DNA of 64,000 nucleotides. It comes from an uncultured Candidatus Saccharibacteria bacterium. Lineage in GTDB: Bacteria; Patescibacteriota; Minisyncoccia; Phycocordibacterales; PALSA-1337. Below the pieces are notes generated by a model that saw only the letters and a program-made list of their open reading frames with translations, was not told the DNA's origin and made no database searches. Position 1 is the first letter of the stretch; each line of letters starts with the position of its first letter. Made by a program: the position numbers and the translations under genes. This document shows positions 1 to 8,447 of the stretch, piece by piece. The stretch lies in the NCBI GenBank assembly GCA_964412585.1, contig CAYPPJ010000003.1, positions 12,027-76,026 on the forward strand, read 5' to 3'.

Positions 1-9
1 CAGTTTAGG

Positions 10-249
10 GTGCGCCAAACCGGTACCGATGGGGCAAACTACTCATCAGCATGGTGGGGGACAGCTGATACGACAGCTTCGGCCTTATTTGCCGGTTTTC
101 CTGTAAGTAATCAGAACATTATTGACCGTAGTTCATCAGCGGTATCTACCACCACGGCGTATGTCCTGTATAACCTCAATGTTCCGACTACTCAGAAAAC
201 TGGGGCGTATTCAGGAGATGTTATTTATACTGTCACGACAAATATTTGA
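10..249 (+). CDS. C-terminal fragment of a secreted Thr/Ser-rich surface protein; its N-terminus lies outside the window. It is a paralog of the 364..1071 product.
   Basis: The ORF runs in from the window edge. Its tail (SSAWWGTADT...TGAYSGDVIYTVTTNI) aligns with the C-terminus of the next gene (SSSWWGATDV...TGAYSAPLTYTATSN). The terminal motif resembles the distal WxL-domain motif with W replaced by Y. Confidence 0.4.
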   Translation: MRQTGTDGANYSSAWWGTADTTASALFAGFPVSNQNIIDRSSSAVSTTTAYVLYNLNVPTTQKTGAYSGDVIYTVTTNI

Positions 250-363
250 TTCATTAAGTAGTTGGGATATGTGGATAAGTCATACAGTGGTGTCGTGATA
301 TAATATGGGTTATAGGAATCAAAACCTGCTTTTATTTTATTAATATATACTAAGTACACAATC

Positions 364-1071
364 ATGCGCACATTCTCGCGTGTCCAAAACAAGTCGAACG
401 ATCGCCTCAAGTCGTTTGCAGCCGCGCTTTTGGCAACGGTGATTCTGACCTACTCAGGCATGTATGGTCTCCAGGCAGCATCTTCTTCATCGTCACCTAC
501 ACTGACGGCGACAGTTGCAGCGGCTCTTACGTTCACCGTTTCGACTGACCAGTTTCCAACCATTAACCCAGGCACCATCGCTTATGCGACGACAACACTT
601 GCAGTTGCAACTAACGAAAGCAATGGATGGAATGTAACATTGCTTGGTACTAACAAGACAACGAGTAATAACAACCTCCAGCTCGCAGGTAACACCGCAT
701 CTATCCCAGATCAGACCGAGTGGATTCCGCCCGCAGGCAATGCAACGACTACCACTGGAAATGCTGTTGTACGTGGCTCTCTCACTAACTCAGGCAACGT
801 ATTGGCATTTCGTGTCATGACAGCATCGAGCAGTAACGGAGCAGCGTTCACATCGAGTTCATGGTGGGGCGCGACAGATGTTGACGGTGTTGCAAAGTGG
901 GCAGGTATCGCAAGTACGACAGGTGGACCACGATATATCGGTAACGCTGGCGCAGGTTCATACAGCGCTTCGACTCACTTGAATACAGTCCAATACTATC
1001 TCTTGGCATCAATCACACAGCCAACGGGTGCCTATAGTGCCCCATTGACATATACCGCCACCTCGAACTAA
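364..1071 (+). CDS. secreted Thr/Ser/Ala-rich cell-surface protein with a WxL-like C-terminal domain (tentative)
   Basis: The N-terminal signal peptide (LKSFAAALLATVILTYSGMYGLQA) is followed by low-complexity T/S/A-rich beta-type sequence. The C-terminus has SSSWWG and a Y-x-x-P-L-T-Y-T motif, similar to the WxL domains of Gram-positive Csc surface clusters. It is a tandem paralog of the upstream fragment. Confidence 0.5.
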   Translation: MRTFSRVQNKSNDRLKSFAAALLATVILTYSGMYGLQAASSSSSPTLTATVAAALTFTVSTDQFPTINPGTIAYATTTLAVATNESNGWNVTLLGTNKTTSNNNLQLAGNTASIPDQTEWIPPAGNATTTTGNAVVRGSLTNSGNVLAFRVMTASSSNGAAFTSSSWWGATDVDGVAKWAGIASTTGGPRYIGNAGAGSYSASTHLNTVQYYLLASITQPTGAYSAPLTYTATSN

Positions 1072-1081
1072 ACTGCACCAT

Positions 1082-2017
1082 ATGAAATCGTGCCGCTTTA
1101 TCCTTGGTGTAGGAATCACCGGAGTTCTATCTGTCCTATCTGTGGCTTTGTTGATGGCACCATCTACTGTATCAGCTGGCACTGGTCTTACGGTGCAGCC
1201 GATCAAGATCTCACAGACCATGAAGCCGGGCGATACCGTCTCTGGCAAGGTCCTTTTGACTAACGCGAGCCCAGAGGATGTTACCGTTGATTTGTCTATC
1301 CAAGATTTCGTTCCAAGCCCAGGGAGCGATTCTTTCAATTTCGTCGGACGTGCAGAGGGTGTTACCACTGTTCGTGATTGGATAAAATTCGATCTTCCCA
1401 AGGATTCGTTTACCTTCAAAGAAGGGGATATTCGCGAGATTCCATATACGATAACCGCACCGAAGGACGCAGAACCAGGTAGTCACTTTGGTGTGTTGTT
1501 TTTCAAGGCGGTTCGTACGGCAGATGCCAATGCATCATTCAAAGTCGGTACACAGGTTGGTGTTCTTGTTTTCGTGACTATTCCCGGAAAGTTCCAGCAA
1601 AAAGGAACAATCAAAGATTTTACCTCTCCTTCATTCCTCCAGACCGGCCCTGTCGTATTCAACATGCAGTTCGAAAACACGGGTACCGTCCACTTTGAGC
1701 CAAAGGGAACTATTGAAGTAACAAATATGTTCGGCAGTAAGGTTGGGTCAGTGCCGATCGAGGGGTATGCAGTACTACCGACTGGTATCAAAAAAATGTC
1801 GTTTACCTGGCATACGGTTGGGTTGCTTTTGGGTAAGTATCACGCTGTTGCCAATGTGTATAATACAGAGGGTGAAGTGATCAGTACGGCCTCTACAGAC
1901 TTCCTTGCTCTCCCAGTTTGGTATACTGTCATCTGTATCGTTATTCTGATTGTACTCTATGTTGTTATCAGATTCTTGAAGCGCCGCGTTAAATTTACCG
2001 TCAGTTTGAAAAAATAG
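1082..2017 (+). CDS. cell-surface protein with signal peptide and C-terminal TM anchor (DUF916/DUF3324-like architecture, tentative)
   Basis: The N-terminal signal peptide (VLSVLSVALLMAPSTVSA) is followed by a beta-rich ectodomain. A single C-terminal TM helix (VWYTVICIVILIVLYVVI) is followed by a basic stop-transfer tail (RFLKRRVKF). This architecture matches WxL-cluster CscA-like anchors, and the gene sits next to the WxL-like genes. Confidence 0.5.
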   Translation: MKSCRFILGVGITGVLSVLSVALLMAPSTVSAGTGLTVQPIKISQTMKPGDTVSGKVLLTNASPEDVTVDLSIQDFVPSPGSDSFNFVGRAEGVTTVRDWIKFDLPKDSFTFKEGDIREIPYTITAPKDAEPGSHFGVLFFKAVRTADANASFKVGTQVGVLVFVTIPGKFQQKGTIKDFTSPSFLQTGPVVFNMQFENTGTVHFEPKGTIEVTNMFGSKVGSVPIEGYAVLPTGIKKMSFTWHTVGLLLGKYHAVANVYNTEGEVISTASTDFLALPVWYTVICIVILIVLYVVIRFLKRRVKFTVSLKK

Positions 2018-2029
2018 TTCCGATTATGA

Positions 2030-3544
2030 ATGAAAAAAATCGTCTTACTTATTCTTATAGGCATTATTCTCGCTCCTCAAGCTCTGGGCGCGGCTACTTC
2101 AAACTTTAATCTACGAATAACTGTGTGTAACGGGGGAGATTGTGGTGATGATACACCACCTTCAGTTCCGACAAACCTTGTAGTGACTGCGGTCACTACC
2201 TCCCAAGTCAATCTTTCGTGGGATGCATCGATCGATCCTGGATCGCCCGCGAGTGGTGTGCTGGGATATTCAATATACCGTAATGGGGGAGGGTCGCCAG
2301 TAGCTACTACATCAGGGACTTCATATTCTGACACGGGACTTAGTTCAGGAACTCTATATTCATACTCAGTCCTTGCGTATGACGTTGTCTTGAATGAGAG
2401 TGCACAAAGCTCGACTGTATCAACAACTACACTTTCCATACCATCAAATGAGCCCGTAGCATCAAATGGTTTGCCGGCGGGCTCTCTTGCCGCAGGGACA
2501 ACACAGACGACGATGTCGTTGGATACTGATATTGCGGCGACCTGTAAATATGGCACAACAGCGAATACGGCGTATTCGAGTCTCCCAAATACATTTTCTA
2601 CGACGGGCGGAATGTCACATTCAACAATAGTTACCGGACTTGCCAATGGTATAACCAAGACACTGTATGTGCGCTGTCAAAGCTCAACGAACGTGCCGAT
2701 GACTAGTGACTACATTATCTCGTTTTCCATCGCTTCACCCTCATCGAGTAGTGGCGGTGGTGGAGGGGGTGGAGGTGGCGGGGCAGGGGCACCGCCGGCC
2801 TTACCGCTTAATCCAGTGAATGTTATTGTGCGCGGTATCGCGTATCCAGGCAGTCGGGTGACTCTTCTTAAAGATGGTCAAACAGCGGCGAGCACTCAAT
2901 CTGGCCCTGACGCTCGATTTGAAATCCAGCTCTCGGGAGTAGGTGAGGGAACATTCACGTTCAGTGTGTGGGCGACGGATAAGAATGGCGTTCGTTCGAC
3001 GCTTTATCCATTTACCGTCACCCTGACTCCAGGGGCGACGACGGTCATCAGTGGCGTGTTCATACCACCGACCTTGAGTCTCGATTACGAAACAGTCAAA
3101 CGGGGCGAGCCACTTCGGGTTATTGGTCAATCGGCGCCAGAAGCGAAGGTTTCGGTTATTTTTCATTCGGATACGGAGATAGTTGAAGATGTGTCAGCTG
3201 ACGCTCAAGGATTGTGGACGTATGTACTTGATACGTTGCGATTGGACTATGGCGATCATACTACTCAAGCTCGATCTATAAAAAACAAGGATATAAGTAC
3301 GCTCTCAAAGACGATTTCGTTCAAGGTGGGTACGCAGAATATTGCTGCAAAAAAGCAGGCTACAACTCAGATAAAATCTGATCTCAATGGTGATGATCGT
3401 GTCGATTTGGCGGATTTTAGTATTATGCTGTTTTGGTACAAGCGTGAACTAACTGACAAATCACCCGTGGGGGTCGATTTAAACAATGATGGAAAAGTTG
3501 ATCTTGTCGATTTTAGTATCTTTGCCTATAACTGGACAGGATAA
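2030..3544 (+). CDS. secreted FN3/Ig-like domain protein with a C-terminal type-I dockerin module
   Basis: It has a signal peptide and an FN3-like segment (PPSVPTNLVVTAVTTSQVNLSWDAS...YSYSVLAYD). A poly-Gly linker (SSSGGGGGGGGGGAGAPPALP) precedes an Ig-like region. The C-terminus carries duplicated Ca-binding dockerin repeats, DLNGDDRVDLADFSIMLFWYK and DLNNDGKVDLVDFSIFAYNW (nt ~3380..3541). Confidence 0.7.
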   Translation: MKKIVLLILIGIILAPQALGAATSNFNLRITVCNGGDCGDDTPPSVPTNLVVTAVTTSQVNLSWDASIDPGSPASGVLGYSIYRNGGGSPVATTSGTSYSDTGLSSGTLYSYSVLAYDVVLNESAQSSTVSTTTLSIPSNEPVASNGLPAGSLAAGTTQTTMSLDTDIAATCKYGTTANTAYSSLPNTFSTTGGMSHSTIVTGLANGITKTLYVRCQSSTNVPMTSDYIISFSIASPSSSSGGGGGGGGGGAGAPPALPLNPVNVIVRGIAYPGSRVTLLKDGQTAASTQSGPDARFEIQLSGVGEGTFTFSVWATDKNGVRSTLYPFTVTLTPGATTVISGVFIPPTLSLDYETVKRGEPLRVIGQSAPEAKVSVIFHSDTEIVEDVSADAQGLWTYVLDTLRLDYGDHTTQARSIKNKDISTLSKTISFKVGTQNIAAKKQATTQIKSDLNGDDRVDLADFSIMLFWYKRELTDKSPVGVDLNNDGKVDLVDFSIFAYNWTG

Positions 3545-3545
3545 T

Positions 3546-4475
3546 ATGGCTATTCATACACTGACAACGAGGTTGGTTCTCTGTGCTCTAGGCATTGTTG
3601 CTTTTATGACAGTGTTGAGTCTTGCATCGCCCGCTGCACGTGCGGCAACTATTGCATTTGATCCGCAGGAGACGACCGTCGGTACGGCTCAGCCATTCCT
3701 TATTGGTATAACTATTGATTCGGATGTGGCGGTGAATACAATTCGCGCGGTAATCGACGTACCTGAATCCATGGACATCGTTGAGGCATCTGACGGAAAC
3801 TCAGTCATCAATTTTTGGGTAGAACGCCCGCATATCACCGATGCGCATCAGCTCGTATTTGCCGGCATTATTCCGGGCGGATTTGTGGGAAACAAAGGAA
3901 AACTGGTGACACTTACCGTGCGCGCAAAAAAACGCGGCTCGTTTGATTTTATTTTCAACCCTTCTTCAGGTATTTATGCAAATGACGGATTGGCGACTCG
4001 CCAAAGTGTTGTCTCTCGTCCATTGCGGTTGGATGTTGTTGCGGGTAAAGATAACATTATGAATATCATTCCAGATACGGTTGCTCCTGAGACGTTTACT
4101 CCGGTTCTCGTCGAAATCCCTGACGGTGGAAAGGGGAGCTGGGCAGTCTCATTTGTTGCGCAAGATAAGATTTCCGGTATTTCTTCGTACGAAGTTGCAG
4201 AATCATTTACCAAATTTGATCAGTCTAGTACACGTTCGTTGTCTCATTTGAAATGGCGTACTGCATCGAGCCCCTATATTCTTTCTGACCAGGAGTTATC
4301 CTCTCATATTTATGTTCGAGCGACTGATGGTAAAGGAAATACTCGAGTCGCATACGTGGCACCGCACTCAGTACCCTCATGGTATCGAACGCCTGGAGGT
4401 TATATACTTATAGCATTATGCCTATTTCTTGCTCTGTATGGTCTTAGCCGACGCCTACATTGGAAACGTGAATAA
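3546..4475 (+). CDS. membrane-anchored cohesin-domain protein (small type)
   Basis: The ORF track starts at 3486 and overlaps the upstream gene. An in-frame ATG at 3546 gives a clean signal peptide (MAIHTLTTRLVLCALGIVAFMTVLSLASPAARA). The cohesin-like beta-sandwich region (ATIAFDPQETTVG...IRAVIDVPESMDIVEASDGNSVINFWVERP...LVTLTVRAKKRGSFDFIF...ANDGLA) follows, then a C-terminal TM (GGYILIALCLFLALYGL) and a short basic tail. Confidence 0.6.
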   Translation: MAIHTLTTRLVLCALGIVAFMTVLSLASPAARAATIAFDPQETTVGTAQPFLIGITIDSDVAVNTIRAVIDVPESMDIVEASDGNSVINFWVERPHITDAHQLVFAGIIPGGFVGNKGKLVTLTVRAKKRGSFDFIFNPSSGIYANDGLATRQSVVSRPLRLDVVAGKDNIMNIIPDTVAPETFTPVLVEIPDGGKGSWAVSFVAQDKISGISSYEVAESFTKFDQSSTRSLSHLKWRTASSPYILSDQELSSHIYVRATDGKGNTRVAYVAPHSVPSWYRTPGGYILIALCLFLALYGLSRRLHWKRE

Positions 4476-5901
4476 GTTCAAACAGACGTTCAGTGTCGTC
4501 TGTCGCGGGATAGTGCTATCAGTTGTGGTCCTTGCATTGTTGTGGGGAGTTCGCGCCCCAGCGCACGCCGCTACAGTCTCTGCAGTTTCAGCCGGAGGAA
4601 CTTCTTCGTTTGCTGTTGGTCAGCTATTCTCGGTGACAGTTGCAGTCTCATCGTCTGGAGCAGAACCATTGAATGCTGTCTCGGGGTCTTTATCGTACCC
4701 GACAGACTTGCTCCAGATTGTTTCTGTCGACAAAACAAACAGCATTATCAATTTTTGGATCAGTGAACCGGCTTTTTCGAATCCTACTGGTCAAGCTACT
4801 TTTGAAGGGGGAGTATACAATCCTGGGTTTAGTGGGTCCCAAGGAAAAGTCGTCACCTATTTATTCAAAGCAAAAGCGGCTGGTGTCGCCGATCTGACTT
4901 TTGCCAGAGCTTCGATATTGGCAAATGACGGCCAAGGTACAAATATTCTTGAACGAACCATCCCGCTTCGTACGACCATTGGTACGGCAGCGCCGGAAAC
5001 TGTGCCTGAATCGACGATGCCGCCTGCAGGTATTCCGATCAGGTCAACAACGCATCCTGACCAGAATGCCTGGTATACGAATGGCAAGGTTATTGTGGCT
5101 TGGGATCTGCCGACCGGTGCAACTTCAGTACGTACAGGGGTTGATCACAATCGTCAATCGGTTCCAGTAACAGTAGCAGACCATCTTATTTCAGAGACAA
5201 CACTTACACTCGAAGATGGGACCTGGTATTTTCACCTTCAGACCAAGGATGCAACCGGGTGGGGTACAGTATCAAGTTTTAAAATAAATATCGATTCATC
5301 AGCAGTCAATCCGCCGACATTCGATAAGTTCCCATCAATATTGACGGAAGGCGATGTTCTCCTTGTATCCGGTTCGGCCCCGAAGAACGCCGTTGTCCGG
5401 ATGTTCCTCAAAAATAGTGACGGTGACATACTCAATCAATCTACCAAAGCTGGTGAAGACGGAAGGTTCCAGGCCGTCTGGAGTACGCAACTCGATAACG
5501 ACAGTTATACATTAAATGCAGAAGCGGTAAATAGCCGTGGCCTCAAGAGTTCACGCAGTTCTGACATCGTTATTACTGTTCGTCCGACTGCGCTCGAACG
5601 CGTAGCCAAGCCAGTCATCAGTTATGCAACGATAGTTGCGCTTGTGGCGGGTGTTATCGTTCTCTGTGTGCTGTGGGTCTGGTATCTGATCCAGCGCGCT
5701 CGACATTTCCGCGGAAAAGTCCGTGCTGATATCAAGCGCACCAATCAACTTGTCCATGTTCAATTCAAGAAGCTGCTTGACCAAGCTCGCAGCAAGCGCG
5801 AGCTCACTGCTGAAGAAGAGCGCATGATGGCGATCGTTCGAGAAGGCATCCAGGAAGTAGAGGAAGAAGTGGAAGAGGAAGTGAGAGATATTGGACAGTA
5901 A
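4429..5901 (+). CDS. membrane-anchored cohesin-domain protein (large type: cohesin + conserved ~95-aa module + TM + acidic cytoplasmic tail)
   Basis: The start is uncertain; an in-frame GTG at 4468 would remove the overlap with the upstream gene. Signal peptide: IVLSVVVLALLWGVRAPAHAA. Cohesin-like region: AVSGSLSYPTDLLQIVSVDKTNSIINFWISEP...VVTYLFKAKAAGVADLTF...ANDGQGTNIL. A second module, STTHPDQNAWY...DGTWYFHLQTKDATGWG, is shared with two paralogs. The TM is IVALVAGVIVLCVLWVWYLI, followed by a coiled/acidic tail (EEVEEEVEEEV). Confidence 0.65.
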   Translation: MLCMVLADAYIGNVNKFKQTFSVVCRGIVLSVVVLALLWGVRAPAHAATVSAVSAGGTSSFAVGQLFSVTVAVSSSGAEPLNAVSGSLSYPTDLLQIVSVDKTNSIINFWISEPAFSNPTGQATFEGGVYNPGFSGSQGKVVTYLFKAKAAGVADLTFARASILANDGQGTNILERTIPLRTTIGTAAPETVPESTMPPAGIPIRSTTHPDQNAWYTNGKVIVAWDLPTGATSVRTGVDHNRQSVPVTVADHLISETTLTLEDGTWYFHLQTKDATGWGTVSSFKINIDSSAVNPPTFDKFPSILTEGDVLLVSGSAPKNAVVRMFLKNSDGDILNQSTKAGEDGRFQAVWSTQLDNDSYTLNAEAVNSRGLKSSRSSDIVITVRPTALERVAKPVISYATIVALVAGVIVLCVLWVWYLIQRARHFRGKVRADIKRTNQLVHVQFKKLLDQARSKRELTAEEERMMAIVREGIQEVEEEVEEEVRDIGQ

Positions 5902-5989
5902 TACTTGCTTGTTGAGTGCTATTTCTTCAACACAGATATCAGATGTATTTCAAGTAGACAAAGCACGCCCGCTTCACTAGAATGAGCGT

Positions 5990-7828
5990 ATGAAGCGGAA
6001 GCCTGGGAAGAATGCCATTGCTCACAAATATATCTTCGTTATCGGAGGCGTGATGTCCGGCGTCGGAAAGGGTATCGCTACGTCATCTATTGGAACTCTA
6101 CTCGCGGCAAAAGGGTTTAAGGTCAACCTCGTGAAGGTTGACCCATATTTGAATGTGGATGCGGGTACTATGAACCCGATCGAACACGGTGAGGTTTTCG
6201 TGTTGAATAATGGCCTGGAGACTGATCAGGACATGGGTAACTACGAACGTTTTCTCAATCGAGATCTCACGGCTGATGACTACATCACGAGTGGTATGGT
6301 CTACAAGCATGTTATCGAAAAAGAGCGGGCACTCGGCTATGGTGGCAAGTGTGTCGAGGCGGTCCCACACATTCGCGATGAGATCGTCAGACGCTACGAG
6401 CATTCGGCACGAGTAAATAAGTCAGATGTTTCAATTATTGAAATTGGCGGTACTGTCGGCGACTATCAGAATATCATGTTCATCGAGGCGGCTCGTGCGC
6501 TCAAGATTCGTCATCCACAAGACGTGGCATTCTTGATGGTGTCGTATTTGCCGACTCCAGGGACACTTGGAGAGATGAAAACTCGTCCGACACAAAACGC
6601 CGTCAATCAGCTGGCATCCTATGGAGTGACCACAGATATTGTCATTGCCCGAGCCTCAACGCCGCTCGATGATCGTCGCAAAGAAAAGATTGCCGTGGCA
6701 TGTAACATTTTGCCAAAGCGCGTTATTTCAGCGCCTGACATTAAGAGTATTTATGATGTACCGGTCAATTTTGAACATGACAAGCTCGCCGAGATATTGC
6801 TCGAGGTTCTCCATGTAGATCAGAAGGTGCTCAAAGGACTTTCAGCTCATCCCGTTTTGTCTATGGCCGACTGGAAGAAGATGGCGCGTGGCATTAAGAA
6901 TCATGAGGGAAAGACGTTGAACATAGCTATTGTAGGAAAATATTTTAATACCGGAGATTTCGTACTTACCGACGCCTATCTATCAGTTCTTGAGGCGGTG
7001 AAGTTTTCTGGGTATGCGGTCGGGATGAAGGCGATCATACACACGATCAATTCAAGGGATTTTGAGATTGAAAAGGGGTCAAAGAAAAAGAATGCGGTAT
7101 TTCCATATGAAAAGCTTGAAGAAATGGACGGAATCATTGTTCCTGGAGGATTTGGTGAATCCGGTATCGAAGGCAAGCTCAACGTCATCCGCTATGCCCG
7201 TGAAAAGGGGATTCCGTATTTTGGCTTGTGCTACGGCATGCAGCTCATGACCATCGAGTATGCACGAAATGTTCTTGGACTCGCAGGTGCGCACACGGCT
7301 GAGATTGATCCAAAGTCACCGCATCTTATCATCGACATTATGCCTGATCAGAAAAAGAAGATTGCCGAAGGGAACTATGGTGGCAGTATGCGTCTCGGCA
7401 CATACCCAGCAAAATTGCTCAAAGGTTCGATTGCGCAAGAAGCGTATTCATATTTCTGTAACAAGAAGCTCGACAAGCCGACGACCAGTATCAAGGAGCG
7501 TCACCGTCACCGTTATGAGGTCAATCCAAAGTACATTGATCGTATTGAAAAAGCGGGGTTGGTATTCTCTGGCAAGTCGCCTGATGGTACGTTGATGGAG
7601 ATTGCAGAACTGCCGCGCGAGGTTCATCCATTCTTCCTGGGCACACAGTTTCATCCAGAGCTTCTCGCGCGACCATTGATGCCACATCCACTCTTCACGC
7701 AGTTTATGAAGGCGGCCAAAACGCGCAATAAACAGGTTGATCGTACAGCTATTACAGAAGTAGTGACGCCTGTTGAAGGTGATTTGATCAGAGATATCGA
7801 GGCTGAAGTAGGAGATATGGGGGAGTAA
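5990..7828 (+). CDS. pyrG: CTP synthase
   Basis: The N-terminal synthetase P-loop is KYIFVIGGVMSGVGKGIATSSIG. The C-terminal class-I glutamine amidotransferase has GLCYGMQ and HPE motifs. The product is 612 aa, full length. Confidence 0.9.
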   Translation: MKRKPGKNAIAHKYIFVIGGVMSGVGKGIATSSIGTLLAAKGFKVNLVKVDPYLNVDAGTMNPIEHGEVFVLNNGLETDQDMGNYERFLNRDLTADDYITSGMVYKHVIEKERALGYGGKCVEAVPHIRDEIVRRYEHSARVNKSDVSIIEIGGTVGDYQNIMFIEAARALKIRHPQDVAFLMVSYLPTPGTLGEMKTRPTQNAVNQLASYGVTTDIVIARASTPLDDRRKEKIAVACNILPKRVISAPDIKSIYDVPVNFEHDKLAEILLEVLHVDQKVLKGLSAHPVLSMADWKKMARGIKNHEGKTLNIAIVGKYFNTGDFVLTDAYLSVLEAVKFSGYAVGMKAIIHTINSRDFEIEKGSKKKNAVFPYEKLEEMDGIIVPGGFGESGIEGKLNVIRYAREKGIPYFGLCYGMQLMTIEYARNVLGLAGAHTAEIDPKSPHLIIDIMPDQKKKIAEGNYGGSMRLGTYPAKLLKGSIAQEAYSYFCNKKLDKPTTSIKERHRHRYEVNPKYIDRIEKAGLVFSGKSPDGTLMEIAELPREVHPFFLGTQFHPELLARPLMPHPLFTQFMKAAKTRNKQVDRTAITEVVTPVEGDLIRDIEAEVGDMGE

Positions 7829-7843
7829 AGGCATGTTGTTCGT

Positions 7844-8446
7844 ATGAAGAAAAAATTAACAATAAATAATCTCGAGCGATTTACTGATTTATTGAATAGA
7901 TTCAGAAAAGTTAATCGTGTATTACGGGCCAATGGATTAACGCGCGACGAAAATGATGTCGAGCATAGCTATATGTTGGCGATGCTAGGCTGGTATATTG
8001 CCTCAATTGAAAGGCCAGAGCTCGATCTTCATAAAGTATTGATGTATGCATTGGCACACGATCTCGTCGAAGTCTATGCCGGTGACACATTCTTTTATCA
8101 TAAAAATAAAAGAGTACATGAATCGAAACAGAAGAGGGAATACAAAGCTTTGCAGAAAATCACCAAAGAATTTTCTGAGTTTAAAGAACTTCATCGATAT
8201 ATTCGACAGTACGAAGCTCGCAAAGATGCAGAGTCAAAATTTATGTATGCGCTCGATAAGATTCATCCGGTCATTCTTATCTATCTTGATAAGGGACATA
8301 CATGGAAAAGAGAAAAGATTACCCTTGCGATGGCTCGTGAGATGAAAGACCACAAGATTAAGGTCGATCCTCTCATAGACGAATATTGGAAAGAGTTGGT
8401 CCCAAAACTAAAAAGAAAGGAGAAAAAGCTTTTTTATAAAAAATAA
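7844..8446 (+). CDS. HD-domain phosphohydrolase (YfbR-like 5'-deoxynucleotidase family)
   Basis: It has the HD motif (ALAHDLVEVYAGDT) and an upstream metal-binding His (VEHSYMLAMLG). Length is about 200 aa. Confidence 0.65.
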   Translation: MKKKLTINNLERFTDLLNRFRKVNRVLRANGLTRDENDVEHSYMLAMLGWYIASIERPELDLHKVLMYALAHDLVEVYAGDTFFYHKNKRVHESKQKREYKALQKITKEFSEFKELHRYIRQYEARKDAESKFMYALDKIHPVILIYLDKGHTWKREKITLAMAREMKDHKIKVDPLIDEYWKELVPKLKRKEKKLFYKK

Positions 8447-8447
8447 T

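Noticed and set aside
1009-2658. Minus-strand ORFs 1009..1419, 1211..1486, 1483..1791 and 2077..2658 (193 aa)
   Set aside because: They are antisense to well-supported plus-strand surface-protein genes. Their translations have no signal or motif structure.
6098-7834. Antisense and off-frame ORFs inside pyrG (6098..6403, 6976..7188, 7079..7294, 7260..7595, 7448..7834)
   Set aside because: They are contained within an unambiguous CTP synthase gene.
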